The position numbers were made by a program, and so were the translations under genes. A stretch of DNA of 64,000 bases from Microbotryum violaceum (lineage: Eukaryota), in contig LN717261.1 in NCBI GenBank assembly GCA_001244265.2, positions 744,001 through 808,000 on the forward strand, written 5' to 3'. This document shows, piece after piece, positions 47,978-64,000 of this stretch (its first letter is position 1; each line of letters starts with the position of its first letter). The notes beneath the pieces are model-generated. The model saw nothing but the letters and a program-made list of their open reading frames with translations. It searched no databases and was not told where the DNA came from.

Positions 47978-48492
47978 TGGGGGGAGGCGACGTAGCGTCG
48001 TTACTTGGTAGATAGCCCTTTAACTGATGATACCTGCCGTTCACAAGAACGCGCTACAGGGTATGTACCACTATCCGACATGACCTTTATTACACAAGTC
48101 TAAACCGACTATAAATTATGTTCGCATTTTGTAGATGTCATGCGAAACTCACCTACACCGGCGAGGGCAATGCGCGCAATCGGAGCTCATAAAAAAAGGC
48201 GAATCAGTGAGGTGATCATTTCGGATGATGATGATGATAATGGTGCCGACAAGAATGAGGAACATAGTTATGATGGCCACAATATTGGTGGTAGTAGTGA
48301 GAATGATGCGCTCAACATCGATAGCGACAACTAGTGAGATGTAGTCATCTGTTGCCATATAAGGCAGTTAAATGTCTCAGATCAAATTGATCCTTCTGGA
48401 TAGGAACAAGAAAAGATAGATCAACGCGGATTGGGAAAAAAAGATCGGATCGGATCTGATCCTCCGATGATCTGATCCTATGAGAACCCTTG
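47827..48492. mobile_element. hAT-type MITE (666 bp)
   Basis: TIR CAAGGGTTCTCATAGGATCAGATC; 8-bp TSD ATGCCCAG; GATC-rich subterminal repeats; internal A run of about 35 nt. Confidence 0.92.
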
Positions 48493-48498
48493 ATGCCC

Positions 48499-50591
48499 AG
48501 GACCCCCGAAAGCCCAGCCAGAGGCGCATGCGGAAAAGCGCACTTTTTTGGCCTTTTTGTCAAAGTTTTTCACCCTATTTTGGCCCCAAAATGTCAAAAT
48601 TTCGCATGCGCCTCGGAAATATTATCAAAGCGTGTTCTACATGCTCCAAAAATCGCTCAAAAGTCCTCGAAAACGCGTTCCGAGCGTTTGCGGGCGCGCC
48701 GCGGCCTATCGAAAGTAGCTTGCGGCGCGCGTCGCTTCGGCTGGTGTTGCGCGTGGCTCCAGGCTTCAAACAAGCCTTCCTTGCTTTGCTGGCTGGCTCG
48801 CTGCTTCGTTGTCAGACTTCCTTTTTGCTGAAGCTGAGCTCCTTGTTTCTGCGGTGGCATTTGTGCGACTTGTAGAGGTTCTGCCGGCGGCATCTCGCAG
48901 GCCGGGCACGCTCCGAAGGGCGGCAAACCTTCGCTCAGCATGTGCGCTCGTGCTGATTAGGCGCTCGTCCGGGTAACATGAGGCAAGGTCCGTGGTTGAA
49001 CGATATGTAGCCGTTGACAGGCCTAATGACTCGATGACCTGTCGACCATCAAACATGCGGAACGGCATAGTGCCATCAATGAGGTGTGTGGAATAGCATG
49101 TTTTCTTGAGGAGGCGAAGCTCCTGTACGACGACATTTGAGAGTAGAACCAACGAGGCGAGCGTGTCTTGGTTGCTGTGGTTTGTTGTCACTTTGCTGTA
49201 GATGTGTCGCACTGTAGGACACAAGACTTGTGTCAAACGAGAACTTCCTTAACTGCCACTCACAACAACGTACCAATTCCGATAGACAGCGCTTCTTCTC
49301 CATAAACAGTTTGATCGCAGCTGAGTGAATGCATGCCACACTTGAGGCCAAAGCAGATCAGAGATCCAATTTCCAATGGTGTGGCAGCGGTTACAGCTCC
49401 GTCAAGCGATCCAAAATGAGGATAGTGTTGTGCTAGCGCTCCATACTGCTTGTCTCTCTCAGGAAGCTTTTCCTAAAAGTATAGGACCGGCAAAACATTA
49501 GATCCAGCTGCCTTCGTTCCTAAATTCAGCAACAACTCACTTGGATGCGGCCGTCCTCAATATAGGCGTTCTTCTGAATCTCGTTTGTTGTGAGCGCTCA
49601 GGCCACCTAGCCACCTCCAGTCCAGCGAAAGCTCCTCGTCGTGCCCGCCATGTCTTCGCAGCGAGATGGTCCCATGAACTGTACCAACCCTTTCAAGATG
49701 CATGAATTGTACTGCATCCTTCCTCTGTATTGCTAACCCCTACGCCTGCCTCTCCGCGAGTTGGGTCGCTCGATTCCATCGGCCTCCCTCGAGTAGAACA
49801 GCTTGAGGTGGCTACACTCATGAGCAGCTTGATGGGCAATCAGGTTGGCCAATTCAGCGAGAAATTGGTATCACGAGCATCGACAACTTGAGGCGCAGTT
49901 GAAGTTTCAAGTGTGTGGGCTGTGTAGAACCGAACACGCGTGAGCTTAGACCGAAATCTCGATAGTTGAGCTTGGTAGACGCACGATTGGTCGTGAGAAG
50001 CTGTTTGCTTTCTCAACGGCCTCGAGTAGATGATAAGGTCGAGTAGTGGGTGAGCTCGTCTTTGGACAACTCGATGTGAAGAGACGCGTCGGCGGGAGCG
50101 ACATCGAAGGCGAGGAGCTCGGCGATCGTCATGTTCATGTTGGTGAGCGGCAATAATCCATCGAAGGCATCGTTCAAGGCCTGCATGGGATGATGTTGTC
50201 GTGCTATGCTCCAATCTCGGACCGAAGTGAAGCGGAACGGAACCTGCGCCCTTTCAATATCTAATCGGCCTAATCCCTCACAGCCGCTTAACTCAAGTGA
50301 TTACCGAACATGGCTAGTACTAAGTGACTTGTTCAAGCACGAGCATCGCGAAACGCGTCTCGAAGCGAAGGCAAACGGGCCCAATGTCATGCCGTAGGCC
50401 GCTCAGGGTAGGCCAAAATTGGGCCGACTCACGGGAAAATGTCAAAATCTAGACATGCGCCTCCCGGGCGAAACGTGTGTTTCGTCCCAAAATGTCAATT
50501 TTTGGCAATGCGCCTCGACGATTTTCAGGATTTTGGGTCCTCAACATGTCAAAAAATAAAATGCGCCTCCGGCTAGGCTTTCGGGGGTCCT
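48499..50591. mobile_element. Non-autonomous TIR element, copy 2 (inverted relative to copy 1)
   Basis: Same TIRs; shared internal IDGTMPFRM.DGRQVIESL remnant. Confidence 0.85.
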
Positions 50592-50708
50592 CTGCTGGGG
50601 CGGGAGAAAGCGCGCGTCACTTTTCGAGACCAGTCCCGGCGCTCACTTACTGTGAGCTTATCGACTCTCGTCGTGTGCGCTCGCCTCAGATACAGGATCA
50701 GGTCCATC

Positions 50709-52767
50709 ATGTCCGTAGCAAGCTCCTCCCTGAGGACAACACGGAGGCTCTTGGTCGATACGAGGTCAGTCTAGTGCATCGATCTCCACACGTTCTACCT
50801 CCGCAAGGCTCGATTGGTACGGGGAAAATCTCCGATCCAGCATCCAATTACATCGATCCGCACACACCAGAGTGGACCGCCGTTCTCTTCCGCCCAGTTA
50901 TATGAGCTCATGTGCTCTGAGACGCTCTACAAGCTCTACAACGCCTCCCCTCGAGCCGTCCGCCGCTTCGCAGCCCATCGAGCTCACGCACGTCTTGCGT
51001 CTCACGATCCACTACAGGACACTAACGCATCACCTCACTCAATCGTCCACAGTTTGGCCCATGCTTCATACTCTGCGATCGCCTCAACGAGCTCGCTCTT
51101 CCTCGCTCGACCCCTCGTCAGGTATGTCTCGTCTTCCCCTTGCGGGCTCAGTCCTGCTTGACGACGAGTTCCCAGCCGTGAGCCCTTGCTGACCTAGAGG
51201 TCGCACCCTTTTTTCCAGATCCTTCTCCGCATCTACCTCATCCTCCTCAACGCGAGCACTTGTCATCTCAGGTCGAAGGAATTGGGAACCGTTGAGCAAA
51301 GCCGGCATCTCGGCTCGTCGAGGATTCGCATCCAGCTCCATCAGTGCAGGTTGGATTTCTTCGCTTCAGTGGCGTAGCAACCCTGCGGCCACCGAAGTGA
51401 CATCAGCGAGTAACGGTACTGGTTTCGTTCCCGAGCATTCTGCGGCTGCACCCACACCAGGTGCCGCCGACATCGTTACGCCGTCCCCGGCGACACCTTC
51501 GACAACGACGCCCGCGGAGCCTTCCGTTTCAGCAGCGGCTACAGCCCCACCACAGACAGCATCTACCGCCGCCGAAGCCGTCAACACACCCGCAGATGCT
51601 GCTGCGACTGCGACCGAGCCCACCTTCTATCTCTCTGGCGACTCGCACATCTTTTCCGGAACGCTCGATCTCACTTCCCTGGCTGGATCATGGGGTCCCC
51701 ACCCTATCCAGCGTCTCCAATCTATGTTCCTCCACCTCCACGAATCGTTTCCCTTGATCGCACCAACGACCGGTCTCCCATGGTACATCCTCATCCCGAC
51801 GGTGACGATCGGTTTGCGCACGCTCCTCTTTTGGTTCCAAGTCCGCGCCAACGCCAACGCCGCTCGTCTGGCCATCATTCAACCCCAGCTGTTGGCCGGG
51901 ATGGAAAAGGTCAAACAGGCCAAAGCTCGCAACGACCTGACTAGTGCTCAAGCCGCGCAAATGGAGACGGCGGCATTGATGAAGAGGCACAAGGTCAACC
52001 CGATCAAGAACCTCGTCTTCCCTTTGGCGCAGGGCACGGTCTTTATGGTCATGTTTTTTGCTTTGAAGGGCTTGGCGAATGCCGGTTTGCCCTTGATGGC
52101 ACAGGAAGGTTTCGGATGGGTGCAGGACCTGACGCAGCGTGATCCAACGTGGGCGCTGCCGATCGCTTCGAGTGCTCTGACGTTGGCAACCCTGGAACTA
52201 GGCGTCGACAAGACGACGACGGTGCAAACAACAACCACCAAGAACATGAAGATGGCGTTCCGCTTCTTGCTCGTTATCTCGATTCCCTTTATTGGTTACT
52301 TCCCCGCCGCACTCTTGTTGTTCTGGTGCACCAACAACTCCATCTCGTTGCTCCAATCCCAAATCCTTAAACTCGAACCCGTCAGAGCCTTCTTCAACAT
52401 CCCAACACCACCTCCCAAGGCTTTACCTGGTCAAAAGGGTTACATCAAAGAACCTTCTTTTTCTGAAGCGTTCAAAAACATGCAAACTGCGACCAAGGAG
52501 ATGTCGGAGCAAGCGGCTGAGAAATCGAGGACCCATAAGGAGTCCAAGAACAAAGACGGGCAACAGCTCCCCAGGGCCGAAATGTACGTCCCGACAAACC
52601 AGAGCAGCAAAATTGGTAAGGTTGAGGAGATTACGAGGAGTTTGACGCCCAATGGGGCGCTCAAGGGTGCCAAGGGCGTGATCAGGGCCGAGTCGCTTAT
52701 TGAATTGCAGGATGAGAAGATCAGGAGGGTGCAGGCTGCGAGGGAACGCAGGCACAAGATGAAGTAG
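50709..52767 (+). CDS. OXA1: Mitochondrial inner-membrane insertase, Oxa1/YidC family
   Basis: GLPWYILIPTVTIGLR, NPIKNLVFPLAQ, GFGWVQDLT..DP, LLLFWCTNN; Ser/Arg-rich N-terminus; 5' exon structure inferred (intron 51122-51219). Confidence 0.9.
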
Positions 52768-55076
52768 TAGATATGGCCCTATCGAACGACACGAAATGTA
52801 TCCACTTTCATAATTACTAGTCCAGGCAAAACGACTCGTGCTGTGGCGTGGCAAATACCTAGTTCCCCGCGTTTGTCAAGGCGGGAGGGAGACATGTCCC
52901 TCAGGCGCAGTCAGACCTGACAAGTCCCAAACTAGTCCTGGTGTATTCGTCTAAGAGCACGGGCCGAACAACTGGTCACAAAATCCTAACGAAGCCTGCT
53001 TATTTTCATGCCCTTGTCTTTACTCTCGACCTTGCATTTGCCTCAACTTCCCGCATGAATTCGGACCCGCCGCTGCCGCCTCAAGCGCGCTACATATTTA
53101 AACTCGAGAGGAACTTCGACACCGACGAGTCTACCGTGTCGATTTTCTCCGGAACTACCGTTCATCAACCTAAATAAGGCGCAACTCATCGGTGAGGTGA
53201 TCCGGGATGGGGTATGGACAACCTGTGTCCACTACAACTCGAGATGGCGCACATGCTCTCCGCGTCGCAATTTCAATGCCTCGAGAGTAGCGATCGACAG
53301 CCAGTCGTCATTAGGTCGAGGAGCGAAGGAGGGCCAGCTCCATTTGAGGTGGGCAGAGCACTTTCATCCGGCTTTTCGGAACATGCTCAGCCATGGGCTA
53401 AGCCTCGTTCAGGTCGCTGAACGGGAGTTGTGGGGGTTCCCGCGGTAGAAGTCTTACCTACGCGCAAAGATCCGCTCGAATTTGGATATGTGACGTACCC
53501 GTATCATGACGGGCTTGCAGGGTAGTACGCGGCTGTCCGTTAGAGGTTACCACTGATACGCAAGGTAGATGAGCACATCAATTCGGTAGAGAAGAGGAGG
53601 AAGGGCTGGAGGGAGGCGCTCGCTGTGATCGCGTCGTTTTGAACAGCGAGAGCGCAATGATAGGTATTGATACCTAATGCAATGACGAAGGCTGGCCAGC
53701 GACCAATTTTTCTCCTTTCAAACGATGCACTAGGTATTATGATGAGCGGGCTTTATCCGGGACATCATTTCTCCGCCGACACGCGGGTGACTCCCCGAGC
53801 AAGCCACCGAAGGAAAAAAGGAGTGCGAGAATTTTGGCCCCGGTGTAACCCTCGGATCGACTGCAACAAGATGCCGCGAGTGGCAGCACCCGAGAAGATC
53901 ACTTATCGCTTAAACACGACATTTTGACAGATCACGCGCTGATATCATTTAGTCCGGAGACTTCAACTGAGGGCTCATACCATGGGGAGCGGATACTTGG
54001 GGCCATACCAAACACCCGCCTCCGCGATTTTGTACAAGCCATCTCTATGTAGTTGCCTGGTCCCCACCAGTTGAGTGGTTAAGAGAGGAAGGTAAATAAT
54101 AATAACCGTAGTTCGGTGTTCTGTATGTCGGGAAGCCTCGGTAGAAAATCACTTGTGCCGGCTCGCCGAGGCGACCGTGCGCGCTATGAAATGATCGTGC
54201 AACACCTCCTGTTTGTCACCGGAGCTCGGATGAACTGTCTGCCTAGAGCCACGTGTGCACCAGCGTTAATTGTAAAACGTCAGTGACTGAGGGTATTGGC
54301 TACCACAATCCATATATTGAGATGAAAAAGTGGAGTTAGTTTGTGTCATGGCATGATAAGCAAATGGTGGCCTGATTGACGAGGCAAATAACGAGGCGCG
54401 GTTTGATAGTAGGTGCAGGTTCTCGGGTTGGTGAGCTCAGGAAACGCAACCGGCAATCGGGGGGCGGCCAGGAGCGCCTCACTTCCGTTGTGGTTGTGAA
54501 TGGCGATCAAGAAGCCTCCCTGCATCAAATCCGCTGTAAATCCTTTTGGGCGACATTCCACTGCCCAAAGTACAACAAGGTTTATTTTCTCAAAGCTTCC
54601 TCAGCCATACTCAACTCGATTGCAAACCTCAGATTGTCTTCTTCCCTCCTCCTCATCTCCTCCTCCCGACTCCGTTGGATACCCCTCGTCAAAGCCTCGT
54701 CCGTAACCAGATCCGCAGGGGTTAACGTAGACCCCCTCAACTGCTGCATCAGCAATGAAGTCCCACCATGTTGACTTGCCGCGAAGAGCGAGCTCATTGT
54801 CATGAATCAGCAGTCCGAGGTCTGAGCGCAGCGCCACCGCGCAGCTTACTCAGCGCTGGGAACTTTCTAGGAGCTTCCAGTTATCTCTATGATCTTGCGC
54901 CTCGATCACTTCCTTTGGCTTCAACTTGCTTCCATGAGTTTCTGTCGCTTTCCCCGGGCTTTCCTGCGACTATAAATAGGGCTTCTGTGTAGAAATCGCT
55001 CTTGTCTTCCTTCAGCAATCTTGATCTCATAGTCAACTCCCCCAGTAACCTCCAGCTCCCTCGGCCTCTGTTCTAG

Positions 55077-56681
<1,605 letters not shown>

Positions 56682-56684
56682 TAA

Positions 56685-62080
<5,396 letters not shown>

Positions 62081-63670
62081 GCAAGACCCGATTGTCGCGA
62101 AAGTAGGTGTTGTGAGCGTCGGTAGGCCATCCCGAATTGCCTTCGACTAGCCGGTCGTCAATCGTTTCCGAGAGCCTCGCTTTCATCTGAGGAGTCTGGA
62201 TGCCAAGTTGTTAGAAGTGGGGTCTGAGAGCCTAACTCATTGCTATTAGTCTTGGTTAATACTTTATTCTGCGCGCGCACCTATCTTTGTCTTTGCGTCT
62301 TTTTTCCTTCTGGGTTCCTTCTCCACGCTATTCTCATCATCTCACTCGTGTATCTCGGAGCTGAGTCGTGGAGTACCTCTTAGTCCTTGTTGCAACACAA
62401 ATGACGTCTCAGAGTTGGTTAACAAATTGGAGGTGTTCTTCGACTTCGACCGCGACCCATCGTTCCTGGGTTGCTTCCGAGGGTCTGGATTGTGTATTTG
62501 CTCGGCAAGTGGCTGCCCTTGGCGCTGTCTCGGTATTTCGATGTATGCGAGGCAACCGGCATTGGCAACAGCTTCAATAGCTGACATCAACGTGTCGGGC
62601 AGGGCTCCATTACGCTTAATGTGGCCCACTCTTGGTGCGTATCTCGAGATTGATCGAGTGCTGTCGAATACAGGGCAAATCTCAGAGGTGGACGGCCGAT
62701 GACGAGGGTCCTGCGGAAATGCGGTCATTTGTCCCATGCGCAGCTCGGCCGCCGATGCTTGTGGAGCGGCTTTACGCAATTGTTGCAGCTCTTCCAGATG
62801 TTGCGGGGACGGACGCGACACCGGAGGCGGAGGATGCAAATGATACCCTGAATGCCAGATATATATTTCCCCCGGGCATTCCTCACGCTGCCCTCGGGCA
62901 ATCGTAGCGGAGCACAGGATGTGCCTCATCGGTCCGTTACAGCTTGTGATTGGACACGGCGGTAACTCGTCTGAAGGCCTCTCAACGTTTGGAGCGAGGT
63001 GCTTGCGGGTTGCAGCCTTCTTTGCAGCCTTCTTGGGGCGTCCTGTGACGAGCTGTGGAGTCTCCTCCTGAAACAACTTCGACCTACTCGCTGTCGACAG
63101 CAATGTGTGAGGTCGACGCTTGCCAGGGCATGATTGATCACAACAGACGAACACGCCCATGCAACGTCTTTTGCTGTACTTGCTGTACTCGACGTTTGCA
63201 TCCAAACGCGGGCCTTTCCATCGCCCTTTTGAATCGGTTCGAGATGATGACGCCGAGAAAGCCCACATGTGTGACAAGCCACCGCCCGAGCCTGGATCCA
63301 TACAAACAATGAGGACGTCGCCCCAAGTCCCGTTGGGCCACCAAGGATCAAGAACAATCTCTTGTGAGTATGCTTCGAGCATCAGGTCCGTCATTGTTGT
63401 CCTTCCTTCACTATATGTTGGTAGATTCGCATGATCTTCACTGTTGACGAGCTTGTCATCCGTTGAATCTGGTTCGGTGTTCGGACGTTGATTGCCGGAG
63501 ATCCTGTCGCTTGGAGATGCTTCACGCTTTTCCCTGACAAGCAAGTCGTGCTTGGAAGCAAAAGGTGCGCCACTTGGAACAGGGGCATCTACCCGGCCTT
63601 GAGGTTTTGTAGTGATATTTACGAATGGGAGTCGAGCCTTGATGTGCTCGTAGACCTGTGACGTTTGCAA
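62081..63670 (-). pseudogene. GCM-like zinc-domain protein, putative transposase, interrupted by a solo LTR and the Copia
   Basis: KRRCMGVFVC..C...RP..., CP..SCNGPMRHILC, IYIWHSGYHLHPPP; frame continues across the LTR into TDAHNTYF. Confidence 0.7.
62209..62397 (+). repeat. Copia solo LTR (189 bp)
   Basis: Matches 25775-25963; flanks CAAGT/CAAAT (TSD with one change). Confidence 0.92.
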
Positions 63671-64000
63671 TCAAGAGTCAGCTCAGCGACTAAAGCTCAA
63701 CGACGTAGAATCCGTCAACTCATGAAGCTATGCGCACTCTCAAGGTAATGGCTGCTTCTGCTGGCAACGAGTCGATGTCGAGTACGAAGCCGGTCAACCC
63801 GAGAACCTGGTCCGAAGAGTCGGTCGCAGCAGTAAATGCTGCGAGTTGGTCTTACCGGCAGGAGGCAAGACATGGAGTCGAGTGAGTAGATGACGTAGCC
63901 GCGTCGTCGACCACCCAGTAGTCGAAGCAGGAGTCCTCTGTACAAAGGCACAGATAAGTCGCCGAATTAAACGGTTAGTAACTGGCTGAGTGGCCTGTCA

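Overview
Eukaryotic, intron-containing fungal DNA. A basidiomycete is inferred, and the TE content and CGA>CAA mutation pattern are reminiscent of Microbotryum-type genomes. Two blocks of nested, mostly decayed transposable elements (1-36.6 kb and 52.8-64 kb) surround a small gene island (36.8-52.8 kb). The island holds a cPLA2/lysophospholipase-like pseudogene, a hypothetical gene, a CBF1-like bHLH gene, a BAHD-type acyltransferase pseudogene and OXA1. TEs include two near-identical Ty3/Gypsy copies in opposite orientation, four Ty1/Copia elements, solo LTRs, a LINE fragment, a Helitron, a tyrosine-recombinase (DIRS/Ngaro-like) retrotransposon, a hAT-type MITE, an inverted pair of TIR elements, and putative GCM-domain and DUF6729-like transposases. 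The most unusual signals are: (1) a YR retrotransposon whose ends are exactly definable, with no terminal repeats, a 3' hairpin and an ATGA stop/start overlap; (2) a Copia with AGT...ATT LTR termini; (3) a Tf1-like self-priming PBS and a GGGAAAC/pseudoknot frameshift signal in the Gypsy; (4) a GCM-domain transposase-like ORF; (5) a cluster of CDEI sites in the CBF1-like gene. All family assignments come from motif recognition by eye; no database search was run.
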